The notes under the pieces are model-generated. The model searched no databases and had not been told where the DNA came from. It was given only the letters and a program-made list of their open reading frames with translations. The translations under genes were made by a program, and so were the position numbers. Positions 51,329 through 60,964 of a stretch of DNA of 64,000 nucleotides are shown piece after piece. Each line of letters begins with the position of its first letter. Positions within the stretch are counted from its first letter, which is position 1. Origin of the DNA: an uncultured Spirochaetota bacterium (lineage in GTDB: Bacteria > Spirochaetota > Brevinematia > Brevinematales > JAOACQ01); assembly GCA_963835575.1 (NCBI GenBank), contig CAWIGG010000004.1:512001-576000 (forward strand), written 5' to 3'.

Positions 51329-52060
51329 TTAGCGGGAATTGTTATTATTTTTGTCTTTTACAAAAATGATGCTGATGATCGTCCCGACTTTATCGCTGTA
51401 CTGATTCAGGTTGTTCGGGTCCGCTTTCCATTCGTCATCAACAACAAAACAGTATGAATGAATTCCGGGCTTCAGTCGGATATTGACGGAAAATTCCCCT
51501 GCCCCTGAGTTTTTCAACGGAGTCGCGTATGGGTTCCAGTTATTAAAGTCGCCCACAAGGGAAACGTTCCTGGCCGATGTATTTTCATAATTAAATTGAT
51601 AAATATCCTTTTCGAGCCAGAGAGGATACGTGGCATGCGGGATAAAGTCTTCTTTTAATTCAAAATACGATACGGGCTGGCCGCTGTCATCTATGATAAC
51701 ATTGGTATTATAAGGATCGCTGATCCAGATATCGTCGACCATCAGCTTATATTTATAAATGCCTTTCGGAAGGCGTTCTTCCCAGACATACTGCCAGAAA
51801 TTCGTGTTTTTCTGGTCCATAAGAAGTTCGGGCTTCCAGTCGTTAAAATCGCCGCCTACCAGTATTTTACCGGCCTTTTCTTTATAAAAGAAAATGATGG
51901 CGTCATTAAGGATCCAGGGGGAATTTACCCAGTAGTCCTGTTGATTCGTGAGCTTTTGATATTCCGCTTCCTTACTTAAACGTTCTTTAAACTGTGAATG
52001 GAATTGTAAAGGAATGATAAGAAAAAATGCTGTCAGGACCATGAAATATATTTTCATCAT
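51329..52060 (-). CDS. Exported protein with two glycogen-binding (CBM48/AMPK-like) domains
   Basis: GDFNDW...YKYKLMVDDIWISDP and GDFNNW...YCFVVDDEWKADP. Confidence 0.82.
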   Translation of the reverse strand: MMKIYFMVLTAFFLIIPLQFHSQFKERLSKEAEYQKLTNQQDYWVNSPWILNDAIIFFYKEKAGKILVGGDFNDWKPELLMDQKNTNFWQYVWEERLPKGIYKYKLMVDDIWISDPYNTNVIIDDSGQPVSYFELKEDFIPHATYPLWLEKDIYQFNYENTSARNVSLVGDFNNWNPYATPLKNSGAGEFSVNIRLKPGIHSYCFVVDDEWKADPNNLNQYSDKVGTIISIIFVKDKNNNNSR

Positions 52061-52148
52061 ATCCCCCTCTTTATATTAAGGGCTGTTCTAAAAACCGACA
52101 AAATATTAAGGAATTTAGAACATCTTATTCTCTAAGTATAAGACTTTA

Positions 52149-52221
52149 GGCATTTCCATCCCTCACCAGTTTGATTGCTCCTCAGGTGTAGCCTGACAAA
52201 CTGGTGAGGGATGGAAATGCC
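52149..52221. repeat. 25-bp perfect stem-loop
   Basis: GGCATTTCCATCCCTCACCAGTTTG-N23-CAAACTGGTGAGGGATGGAAATGCC. Confidence 0.85.
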
Positions 52222-52347
52222 CTTAATCTCCGCATTATTATAAAATGAAAAGACCCGGCAGGCAAAATAATAATAGAGATTATACGCGGGTGCTCCTGTT
52301 TATTTTTCGGATTTCTCAGCAGAATGAAAAGAAAGAATTGACAAATT

Positions 52348-54153
52348 TTATTTTCCGGATTTAATGTACTGGTTGTATTTCCCTCTTTTCGTATAATGCG
52401 TGTGCAGAAGTTCATGGGATTTAAGGCCGAGCGGTTCTATCAGGAACTCTTCATACAGAGCCGTGATAAAGGGGTTTTCGTGGGATTTTCTTTTGGGTTT
52501 CCCTTCGTCTTCCCTGTAAATGGCCTGGAGCCTTTTTTCCCGGACCTCATTATTTGTCGGCCTTGGCTGGCCGCCACCGCTGATACACCCGCCGGGACAG
52601 CCCATGACCTCTATAAAATGATAAGGCGATTTTCCCGCCGCGATCTGTTCCATCAATATTCTTGCTCCGACCAATCCGCTCGTAACGGCGATTTTGACTG
52701 TTATGCCGTCCAGAAAGCCGTATTCTTTCTTCGGATTTTCTATTTTTATTTCGGCTTCCTTGATTTTTTCAAAGCCGACAATGGGCGTGACATGCAGATT
52801 GGCGAAGGGCAGTTCCTTTCCCGTTACGATTTCATAAACGGTGCGGAGGGCCGCTTCCATCACGCCGCCTGTTACGCCGAAAATATCGGCCGCGCCGGTC
52901 GAATAACCCATGGGGTTATTGAACTGGCCTTCCGGCAGGGACCTGAAATTAACGCCGGCTTCCTTTATCATACGGGCCAGTTCCCGGGTTGTCAGGACGG
53001 CGTCCACATCTGGATAACCGCTGGCCCGCATTTCCGGCCTGGTTATCTCGAACTTCTTGGCGGTGCAGGGCATTATGGAAACAACAAAGATATCCTTCGG
53101 ATCTACGTTTATTTTTTTCGCGTAATAGGTTTTCGTCAGGACCCCGAGCATCATATGCGGCGATTTACAGGTCGAAAGATTATCCAGATGATCTGAAAAT
53201 TCATGCTCAATGTATTTGATCCAGCCGGGGCTGCAGCTTGTGATCATGGGAAGCTGCGGCTTTTTGGTTTTCCGGCCGCCTTTAAAAGTCTCCGTCAAAC
53301 GCTTGAGAAGTTCATGCCCTTCTTCGATGATCGTCAAATCGGCTGTAAAATTGGTGTCAAATACGTCGGAAAAGCCGATTTCCTTCAGGGCGCTGACCAT
53401 CTTGCCCGTGACAAGAGTGCCGGGTTCATAGCCGAATTCTTCGCCCAGAGCGGCGCGTATGGCGGGGGCCGTCTGAACGACAACCCTTTTCGTTTTATCG
53501 TAAAGGGCATTCCAGACTTTCTGCGTCGAATCATTCTCTTTCAGGGCATCCACAGGGCAGACAAGGGTGCATTGGCCGCAGTTCGAGCAGTTGACCGAAT
53601 TGAGGGGCAGTTCCGCGGCCGGGGCGATGATGGCGTTAAAACCCCGGTGCTGAAGACTGAGCACGCCGACGCCCTGTATTTCATTGCAGACTGTTACGCA
53701 CCTTCTGCAGGAAACGCATTTTGAGGCGTATCTGACAATGGCGGGGCTGGAATCGTCCAGGTAATCCTTGGACCTCTGGCCGTCAAAGCGGGAATCCTCG
53801 ATCTGTATTATCTCGCCCAGTTTCTGGAACTCGCAATTCTGATTTCTGACGCAGTTCAGGCAGTTCTTGGGATGATCGGAAAGAAGAAGCTCATAAATGA
53901 TTTTGACCGCCTTTTTAACTTTTTCCGATGTTGTGTAAACGGTCATTCCTTCCTTCACTTTTGTAACGCAGGAAGCCATCAGGCTTCTGGCCCCCTCCAC
54001 CTCGACCATACAGATCCGGCATGCCCCGGGGCCATGATTGCCTTCAAGATGGCAGAGGGTCGGTATGATAATATTATTCTGCTTTGCCGCTTCCAGTATG
54101 GTGGATTCTTCTTTTACAGCTATCTTTTTTCTATTAATCGTTAAATTAATCAT
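52348..54153 (-). CDS. hydA: [FeFe] hydrogenase group A catalytic subunit
   Basis: TSCSPGW, MPCTAKKFE, EVMGCPGGCISGGGQP; N-terminal Fe-S clusters. Confidence 0.95.
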   Translation of the reverse strand: MINLTINRKKIAVKEESTILEAAKQNNIIIPTLCHLEGNHGPGACRICMVEVEGARSLMASCVTKVKEGMTVYTTSEKVKKAVKIIYELLLSDHPKNCLNCVRNQNCEFQKLGEIIQIEDSRFDGQRSKDYLDDSSPAIVRYASKCVSCRRCVTVCNEIQGVGVLSLQHRGFNAIIAPAAELPLNSVNCSNCGQCTLVCPVDALKENDSTQKVWNALYDKTKRVVVQTAPAIRAALGEEFGYEPGTLVTGKMVSALKEIGFSDVFDTNFTADLTIIEEGHELLKRLTETFKGGRKTKKPQLPMITSCSPGWIKYIEHEFSDHLDNLSTCKSPHMMLGVLTKTYYAKKINVDPKDIFVVSIMPCTAKKFEITRPEMRASGYPDVDAVLTTRELARMIKEAGVNFRSLPEGQFNNPMGYSTGAADIFGVTGGVMEAALRTVYEIVTGKELPFANLHVTPIVGFEKIKEAEIKIENPKKEYGFLDGITVKIAVTSGLVGARILMEQIAAGKSPYHFIEVMGCPGGCISGGGQPRPTNNEVREKRLQAIYREDEGKPKRKSHENPFITALYEEFLIEPLGLKSHELLHTHYTKRGKYNQYIKSGK

Positions 54154-54154
54154 A

Positions 54155-57100
54155 TTACGCCCTCCTATCGCAGCGCAGGCAGCGCATGGATTCGGCTATG
54201 GCGTTCAGTTTGTGGAAACCGACAGACACTTCCTCGAAATTATTTTTCCTGTGCTCGGGGTCGATATATTTCATGGAAAATCTTTCATGCTCGATAATGG
54301 CTTTTTCCTCTGTCGCCTTCGGTATTTCAATGCCTTCGCCGGTATTGAGTGTCCCTTTGCCGCCGAGGTACCTGTCGATGGATTTAGCGGCGTTTTTCCC
54401 GTCGGCAATCGCCGTGATCACAATATCAGAGCCTCTGACAACATCGCCGCCGGCAAAAACACCCTTCAGGCGGGTCATATATGTAGCCTTATCCGTTACA
54501 AATGTGCCCCATTTTGTTACTTCGACCTCTTCTTTATTAATAAAGGGGAGATCGGAATACTGGCTGACCGCCAGTATGGCCGTATCGCAATCAATCATAA
54601 ATTCCGATCCTTCAATCGGAACAGGTTTTCTCCGGCCGCCGGAGTCATAACCTTTCAGTTCCATCTTGACGCACTCCATCTTTTCGAGTTTATCCTTTCC
54701 GATAAAGCGGACCGGAGCGGCTGATAGATATATTTTTATGCCTTCTTCAAGCGCATCATGGACTTCCCTGGGATCGGCCGGCATGGCTTCCATCTCGCGG
54801 CGGTAAAGAATAGTGACGTGCTTGGTGCCAAGCCTTATGATCACTCTTGCTGCGTCAATGGCCGTGTTTCCTCCGCCGACAACAATAACTTTTTCCCCTA
54901 TTTTTCCGAGTTTATTGAGATGAACATCTTTTAAAAAGTCCAGACCATGATAAACACCGCTCAATTCTTCCCCGGCTACGCCGATTTTATTGGAAAACTG
55001 CGTTCCTGTAGCCACATAAATCGCGTCATGCTTCTTCTGGAGATTGTTGAACTGCTTATCGGTATCAATCGCTGTGTTCAGATGGATCTTTACGCCGACA
55101 TGCTCTATTGCCGCTATTTCCCTTGCCAGTACTTTCTTAGGCAGACGGTATTCCGGTATGCCGAAGGCAAGTACGCCGCCGGCCACAGAAGCCGCCTCAT
55201 AAACATCCACATCATAGCCCAGCCTGGCCAGGTAATAACCGCAGGTCAAGCCTGATGGCCCGGCGCCGATGATGCCGACGCTTTTGCCCTTTTTCGGAAA
55301 GACAATATCGGTATAGGGCTCATCAACGCTCATGATCATATCCGCCACATAACGCTTGAGGTCCATAATGGCTATCGGTTCGTCCAGCTGCGCCCTTCTG
55401 CACTGGCTTTCGCATGGATGGGTACAGACCCGGCCGCAGACCGCCGGAAAGGGATTATCCCTGCGTATCAGATTATAGGCCTCGCGGATTTTTCCCACGG
55501 CCAGAAGCGCGATATAGCCGGGCACATTGACGCCGGCCGGGCATGCGTTCTGGCATGGCGATATGAAAAGGCTGCTGCAGACGCCGGCCCGGCAGTATTT
55601 CTTTTTGATATGTTCTTCGTATTCTTCCCTGAAGTATTTTATTGTGCTCAAGACCGGGTTCGGGCCGGTCTGGCCCAGACCGCAGACGGCGGTGTTTTTT
55701 ATCGTGTTGCCGAGTTCTTCAAGGAGCTCGATATCTCCTTCTTTACCTTCACCGCGTGTAATTCTTTCAAGTATTTCCAGCATTCTTTTGGTGCCTATCC
55801 GGCATGGCGTGCACTTGGAGCATGACTCGTCCTGCACAAAGTCCATGAAAAACCGCGCCACATCGACCATACAGGCGTCCTCGTTCATGATGATAAGGCC
55901 GCCTGAGCCCATAATCGTGCCGAGCTTGATCAGGTTGTCATAATCCAGCGGAACATTGAGATTTTCCGCGGTAATACAGCCGCCGGATGGGCCGCCGGTC
56001 TGCGCCGCCTTGAACTTTTTATTTTTAGGAATTCCGCCGCCGATGTCGAACACTATTTCTCCTAAAGTGACGCCGACAGGGACTTCCACAAGCCCTGTAT
56101 TCTGGATGTTGCCGGCCAGCGCGAACACTTTTGTACCCTTGCTGTTGCCGGCGCCGAATGTGGCGTACCACCTGCTGCCCTTGAGAAGTATCAGCGGGAT
56201 ATTCGCGAATGTCTCGACATTATTGATAATTGTGGGTTTTTTAAATAATCCTTCCTCAAAGGGGAAGGGCGGCTTCTGCCGCGGTTCGCCTCTTTTTCCT
56301 TCGATGGAGGCCATTAAGGCCGTTTCCTCGCCGCAGACAAAGGAGCCTGCGCCGATCCGGATCTCTATATCGAAATTGAAGCCGCTGCCGAGAATATTTT
56401 TTCCCAGAAGGCCGTAATCATGGGCCTGTTTGATGGCCAATTCCAGTCTTTCAACTGCCAGCGGATATTCGGCGCGGATGTAAACATATCCCTTCGAGGC
56501 CCCGATGGCGTAGCCTCCAATCAGCATGCCTTCGATGATCGAATGCGGGTCGCCCTCGATGACGCTTCTGTCCATAAAAGCGCCCGGGTCGCCTTCATCG
56601 GCATTGCAGACTATGTATTTCTGGCCCTTGGGGGCATTAAAACCGGCCTCCCACTTAACTCCTGTGGGAAATCCGCCGCCTCCGCGGCCGCGGAGCCCGG
56701 ATTCCTTAACTACCTTGATGACTTCTTCCGGCTTCATTTTATTCAGGACCTTTGAGGCCGCGAAATAACCGTCATTGGCGATATATTGAGACAGCGAAGA
56801 ATAGTCAATCTTGCCGCAGTTCCTGAGGACAACCTTGACCTGCTTTTTAAAGAAATCAATGTCCTCAATATAGGGAATGTATTTATTCGTTTTTTTATCA
56901 AAGTAAGTTTTTTCCTGCACCATCATTCCGGAAAGGAGATGGGAGGTGACGATCTTAGGAATATCCGAGGGTTCCAGTCTGGTGTAAAAGACGCTGTCCG
57001 GTTCGACGATCATGACAGGCCCGATGGCGCATGTGCCGATACAGCCGGTCAGCTTGACCAGAACGCTGTCCTGCAGGCCCTTTTCCTTTAATTCCCTGTC

Positions 57101-57247
57101 CAGCGCTTCCTTTACGGCCAGGCATTCCGAGGACACACAGCCGGCGCCTCCGCAGAGCTGGATTGTATATTTATATTTTCTGAGATGATCTATTGTCTGA
57201 TTCTTCAGATTAACCAGATCTTCCCCGGTTTGGATTTTTTTCTGCAT
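54155..57247 (-). CDS. HydB/NuoF-like flavoprotein fused to a GltD/NfnB-like oxidoreductase domain
   Basis: GLRGRGGGGFP, CNADEGDPGA, CGEETAL, then CQNACP, GRVCTHPCE, GAGPSG, GGGNTAID, CLRCD. Confidence 0.9.
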   Translation of the reverse strand: MQKKIQTGEDLVNLKNQTIDHLRKYKYTIQLCGGAGCVSSECLAVKEALDRELKEKGLQDSVLVKLTGCIGTCAIGPVMIVEPDSVFYTRLEPSDIPKIVTSHLLSGMMVQEKTYFDKKTNKYIPYIEDIDFFKKQVKVVLRNCGKIDYSSLSQYIANDGYFAASKVLNKMKPEEVIKVVKESGLRGRGGGGFPTGVKWEAGFNAPKGQKYIVCNADEGDPGAFMDRSVIEGDPHSIIEGMLIGGYAIGASKGYVYIRAEYPLAVERLELAIKQAHDYGLLGKNILGSGFNFDIEIRIGAGSFVCGEETALMASIEGKRGEPRQKPPFPFEEGLFKKPTIINNVETFANIPLILLKGSRWYATFGAGNSKGTKVFALAGNIQNTGLVEVPVGVTLGEIVFDIGGGIPKNKKFKAAQTGGPSGGCITAENLNVPLDYDNLIKLGTIMGSGGLIIMNEDACMVDVARFFMDFVQDESCSKCTPCRIGTKRMLEILERITRGEGKEGDIELLEELGNTIKNTAVCGLGQTGPNPVLSTIKYFREEYEEHIKKKYCRAGVCSSLFISPCQNACPAGVNVPGYIALLAVGKIREAYNLIRRDNPFPAVCGRVCTHPCESQCRRAQLDEPIAIMDLKRYVADMIMSVDEPYTDIVFPKKGKSVGIIGAGPSGLTCGYYLARLGYDVDVYEAASVAGGVLAFGIPEYRLPKKVLAREIAAIEHVGVKIHLNTAIDTDKQFNNLQKKHDAIYVATGTQFSNKIGVAGEELSGVYHGLDFLKDVHLNKLGKIGEKVIVVGGGNTAIDAARVIIRLGTKHVTILYRREMEAMPADPREVHDALEEGIKIYLSAAPVRFIGKDKLEKMECVKMELKGYDSGGRRKPVPIEGSEFMIDCDTAILAVSQYSDLPFINKEEVEVTKWGTFVTDKATYMTRLKGVFAGGDVVRGSDIVITAIADGKNAAKSIDRYLGGKGTLNTGEGIEIPKATEEKAIIEHERFSMKYIDPEHRKNNFEEVSVGFHKLNAIAESMRCLRCDRRA

Positions 57248-57259
57248 GTTTATCCCCGC

Positions 57260-57757
57260 CTACTGAAAATTGACAAGCAGAGCTTTAAGCTTGTCAGGAT
57301 TGACCTGTTTATAAACCTTGTCGTTAATTGTAATAGCAGGCGCCAGTCCGCATGCCCCGATACAACGCATGACCTCAAACGAGAATTTGCCGTCCGGAGT
57401 TGTACTGCCGGGTTCAATTTCCAGGATTTCTTTCATTTTATCAACAATCTTTTTACCGCCCCGGACATAACATGCCGTTCCCATACAGATCTTTATCGTG
57501 TATTTGCCTCTGGGTTTTGTGGAAAAGAAAGAATAGAAAGTCGCTACGCCGTACACTTCCGACAGCGGTTTATTGAGCTTTTCCGCAATAAATTGCTGGA
57601 GTTCCAGCGGCAGGTAGCCGTAAATGCCCTGGGCGAGATGAAGTATTTGAATAAGACAGCCTTCTTTATTCTTATACTTTTCGATGACTTCGGCGATCCT
57701 GAGATATTTTTCCTCTTCTGTTTCCTGTGAGCAGACGCAGGGGGTTTTTTCCTTCAT
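57260..57757 (-). CDS. HydC/NuoE-like [2Fe-2S] subunit
   Basis: VATFY, CMGTACYVRG, CIGACGLAP. Confidence 0.92.
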   Translation of the reverse strand: MKEKTPCVCSQETEEEKYLRIAEVIEKYKNKEGCLIQILHLAQGIYGYLPLELQQFIAEKLNKPLSEVYGVATFYSFFSTKPRGKYTIKICMGTACYVRGGKKIVDKMKEILEIEPGSTTPDGKFSFEVMRCIGACGLAPAITINDKVYKQVNPDKLKALLVNFQ

Positions 57758-57800
57758 AAACGTCCCTCCAATTTATGATATGAAATTAAGACATGAAAAT

Positions 57801-59207
57801 TTATTTTTTTAATTGGAGGTATTCGTCGATTGCTTTCGCGGCGGTCCTTCCGGCCCCCATTGCCGTGACGACTGTCGCGGCGCCGGTCACGATGTCGCCC
57901 CCGGCAAAAACGCCGGGCATGGCCGTGCGGCCTTTTTCATCGGCCTCAATTTCCCCATGTTTTTTAAATTTCAATTCTTTTGTTGTGCGCGCTATGATCG
58001 GGTTCGGCGTTGTCCCTATCGCGACGATGACTTCGTCCACTTCCATAATGAATTCGGAGCCTTTTATTTGGATCGGGCTCCTTCTTCCGGATTCGTCAGG
58101 TTCGCCCAGTTCCATTTTCTGGCATTCCATCGCTTTGACAATGCCGTTTTCATCGCTCAAATAGCGGAGCGGGTTATTAAGGGTCATAAACTCGATCCCT
58201 TCTTCATGCGCGTGATGGATTTCCTCAATCCTGGCCGGCATTTCATTTTCGGTACGCCGGTAAACGAGATAGACATGTTCCGCTTTAAGCCTTTTGGCGG
58301 TCCGCGCCGCGTCCATGGCGACATTGCCGCCGCCGATGACGGCCACATTACGGCCATGCTTCACCGGAGTATCATACTCATCGGGAAGATAAGCTTTCAT
58401 GAGGTTGACGCGGGTCAGGAATTCATTGGCTGAGTAAACCCCGTTCAAATTCTCGCCGGGGATGTTCATAAACTTCGGCAGTCCGGCCCCGGTGCCGATA
58501 AAGACGGCTTCATAGCCTTCCTGAAAGAGATCGTTTATAGTCAGCGCCCTTCCGATCAATACGTTTGTCACAAAACGGACGCCCAGCTTCTCAAGTAGGT
58601 CAATATCGCTTTTAACTATGGCTTTTGGAAGGCGGAATTCCGGGATCCCATAAACGAGCACGCCTCCCAGCATATGATAGCCTTCGAAGACGGTCGTTTC
58701 ATATCCCATTTTTACCAGGTCCGCGGCGCAGCTTAGACCGGCCGGCCCTGACCCGACAACGGCCACTTTTTTGCCTTTAGACGGCGCCTTTTCTTTTGTC
58801 AATTTATCAGTTCCGGTGTTTTTTCTATTATTGATCTCCCAATCGGAAACAAATCGTTCCAGGCGTCCTATCGAAATAGGCTCGCCGACCTTGCCGACAA
58901 GGCAGACGGCCTGGCACTGTTCCTCCTGCGGGCAGACCCTGCCTGTCACAGCGGGCAGAGCGTCGCTTTCATGGATGATATCGATTGCTTTTTGAAAATC
59001 CTTTTCTCTGATCGAGAGTATAAAAGCGGGAATATCTATTAAAACGGGACATCCGGCAATACATGGCTTATTTTTACACTGCAGACAGCGGCTCGCTTCC
59101 CGTATTGCCTCTTCTTCCGAATAGCCGTACGGCACTTCGTTGAAATTCTTTATCCTTTCCTGCGGGGGCTGTTCCCTCATTTTAACCGCTTCTTTAGCGA
59201 CTGCCAT
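57801..59207 (-). CDS. nfnB: NfnB/SudA (GltD-like) NADPH oxidoreductase
   Basis: EASRCLQC, GRVCPQEEQC, GSGPAG, GGGNVAMD; paired with nfnA; AAGGAG RBS before ATG 59207. Confidence 0.85.
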   Translation of the reverse strand: MAVAKEAVKMREQPPQERIKNFNEVPYGYSEEEAIREASRCLQCKNKPCIAGCPVLIDIPAFILSIREKDFQKAIDIIHESDALPAVTGRVCPQEEQCQAVCLVGKVGEPISIGRLERFVSDWEINNRKNTGTDKLTKEKAPSKGKKVAVVGSGPAGLSCAADLVKMGYETTVFEGYHMLGGVLVYGIPEFRLPKAIVKSDIDLLEKLGVRFVTNVLIGRALTINDLFQEGYEAVFIGTGAGLPKFMNIPGENLNGVYSANEFLTRVNLMKAYLPDEYDTPVKHGRNVAVIGGGNVAMDAARTAKRLKAEHVYLVYRRTENEMPARIEEIHHAHEEGIEFMTLNNPLRYLSDENGIVKAMECQKMELGEPDESGRRSPIQIKGSEFIMEVDEVIVAIGTTPNPIIARTTKELKFKKHGEIEADEKGRTAMPGVFAGGDIVTGAATVVTAMGAGRTAAKAIDEYLQLKK

Positions 59208-60036
59208 CTGAGCACTCCTTATGCCATCTGTCAAGGCAGGTTTTTTCCTCATGTTTATAAGAATCGAGGCGTTTCATTAATTCGGGGAAATCCACCTGGT
59301 GGCCGTCGAAATCCGGACCGTCCATGCAGGTGAAGTAAGTCTTTTGATTGACTGTGACACGGCAGGCGCCGCACATGCCCATGCCGCAGACCATGAGGGA
59401 ATTCAGGCTGACAATTGTCTTGATCTTATGTTCCCTGGTCATATCGGCGACCGCTTTCATCATAACGGCGGGGCCGATGGCGAAAATCCGGTCTATTTTT
59501 TCTTTTTTATCTATCAGCTCTTTCAGCATATCGGTCACAAAACCTTTTTTGCCGTAAGAACCGTCATTTGTCGCGACGATAAGCCTGTTCGAGACATTTT
59601 TCATCCTGTCTTCCCAGAAAACGAAGTCTTTGGAACGGTACCCGATGATCGCGGTGACATTATTGCCGGCTTCCTTTAAACGGCGCGCCAGCGGATAAAC
59701 CGGGGCGATGCCGATCCCGCCGCCGATGACGACGGCATTGCCGAAATTCTCTATTTCGGTCGGGTTGCCCTGCGGCCCGAGCAGGTCCAGCAGGTGATCG
59801 CCCGCATTCAGCCTGCCGAGCTGTGTTGTTGATTTTCCCAGTTCCTGGAAAACAAGGGTGATCGTTCCGTTTTTTCTGTCATAATCGGCGATGGTGAGAG
59901 GCACACGCTCGCCCTTTTCAGAGCCGCGCACAATGACAAACTGGCCGGCTTCGGCCTTTCTCGCGATAAGAGGGGCTTCGACTAAGGTATATTGTATTTT
60001 AGGAGCCATTGTATATTTTTCTTTTATTTTAAACAT
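59194..60036 (-). CDS. nfnA: NfnA/SudB FAD/[2Fe-2S] subunit
   Basis: GERVPLTI, GGGIGIAP, MVCGMGMCGAC, CMDGPDFD. Confidence 0.87.
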   Translation of the reverse strand: MFKIKEKYTMAPKIQYTLVEAPLIARKAEAGQFVIVRGSEKGERVPLTIADYDRKNGTITLVFQELGKSTTQLGRLNAGDHLLDLLGPQGNPTEIENFGNAVVIGGGIGIAPVYPLARRLKEAGNNVTAIIGYRSKDFVFWEDRMKNVSNRLIVATNDGSYGKKGFVTDMLKELIDKKEKIDRIFAIGPAVMMKAVADMTREHKIKTIVSLNSLMVCGMGMCGACRVTVNQKTYFTCMDGPDFDGHQVDFPELMKRLDSYKHEEKTCLDRWHKECSDGSR

Positions 60037-60153
60037 GCTAATTCCCCATCTTTCAAGATGTATAGTCAAACACTAATTATACACTTGTTTGAATTAATAA
60101 TAAAGAAAATAAATAATTTATATTTTTGAATAAATGACTTGTATTAAATAAAG

Positions 60154-60180
60154 ACGGAGAGAGGCAAACAGCCTCTCCGT
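60154..60180 (-). terminator. Stem-loop downstream of tRNA-Ala
   Basis: ACGGAGAGAGGC-AAACA-GCCTCTCCGT, followed by a T-rich run on the minus strand. Confidence 0.6.
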
Positions 60181-60182
60181 AT

Positions 60183-60255
60183 TGGAGATGATGGGAATTG
60201 AACCCACGGCCCCTACAATGCCATTGTAGTGCTCTCCCAACTGAGCTACATCCCC
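60183..60255 (-). tRNA. tRNA-Ala(GGC)
   Basis: GGGGATG acceptor stem with G3:U70, D-arm AGCTCAGTTGGGAGAGC, anticodon arm CTACA-ATGGCAT-TGTAG, T-loop GGTTCAATT; CCA not encoded. Confidence 0.96.
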
Positions 60256-60260
60256 ATAAC

Positions 60261-60295
60261 AGCTGAAAGCTTAAAGCAGAAAGCTAAAAGCTTAT
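60261..60295. repeat. Heptamer tandem repeat x5
   Basis: AGCTGAA AGCTTAA AGCAGAA AGCTAAA AGCTTAT. Confidence 0.75.
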
Positions 60296-60391
60296 AAACT
60301 CTATTTTTTATTGAATGATATTATATAAATGAGATGATAAAAATACAAATTATTACAAGAATTCTAAATCCGGAGATCAATAACTACCGCT

Positions 60392-60565
60392 TTATTTATA
60401 ACGGTAATACTTCTGAAGGCTTTTCCATGACCGGTCGTATGTTTTTTCACCCTCAGGGGTGAAAAAACAGGCGGGAAATTCGCCGCTGTCCCTGTGGTAA
60501 GCGATGCAGGCTTTGCAGTTTCCATGCCTCTCGCAGTCCGGGTATGTGCACCGGCAGGTGTCCAT
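60392..60565 (-). CDS. Small Cys-rich protein (DUF6485-like), absent from the ORF track
   Basis: MDTCRCTYPDCERHGNCKACIAYHRDSGEFPACFFTPEGEKTYDRSW..., 57 aa, AAGGAG RBS. Confidence 0.8.
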   Translation of the reverse strand: MDTCRCTYPDCERHGNCKACIAYHRDSGEFPACFFTPEGEKTYDRSWKSLQKYYRYK

Positions 60566-60964
60566 ATTAACACTCCTTTATTTTAACCGCCAAAACACAA
60601 AGAACACAAAGAAACACCAACGGGGGTAGCCACAGAAATACAAGAGAGGTGAGGAGAAAGTTTCTTTTCAAATATAATAAACAATTAATTTAATAAAAAT
60701 TTTATAAATATTTTACACCAAACCTTTATAGATCTCTGTGGTCCTTGGTGGTTAATTATATATTACTATTAATATCAATCATCGAAACCATGATAATGAA
60801 GAACCATTAATTAACCAGACACCCAATGAATCCTCCTTTCCATGGTCTTAAGTTTCATTCAGTGGTTAACCTCCGTACACCCTTCCCGCCTTGTTAATTT
60901 TACCGCATTCGCGCTAATTCGCGTGTATTCGCGGAATACCCGGTGTATAGAAATTCGGTTTTCT

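Noticed and set aside
57801..59207. True glutamate synthase small subunit
   Set aside because: No gltB adjacent; pairing with an NfnA/SudB gene fits NfnB better.
52396..59679. Long + strand ORFs opposite the hydrogenase/nfn genes
   Set aside because: Antisense shadows of strongly supported minus-strand genes, with no recognisable motifs.
60183..60255. tRNA as an island integration site
   Set aside because: No duplicated tRNA 3' end or integrase found in the window.
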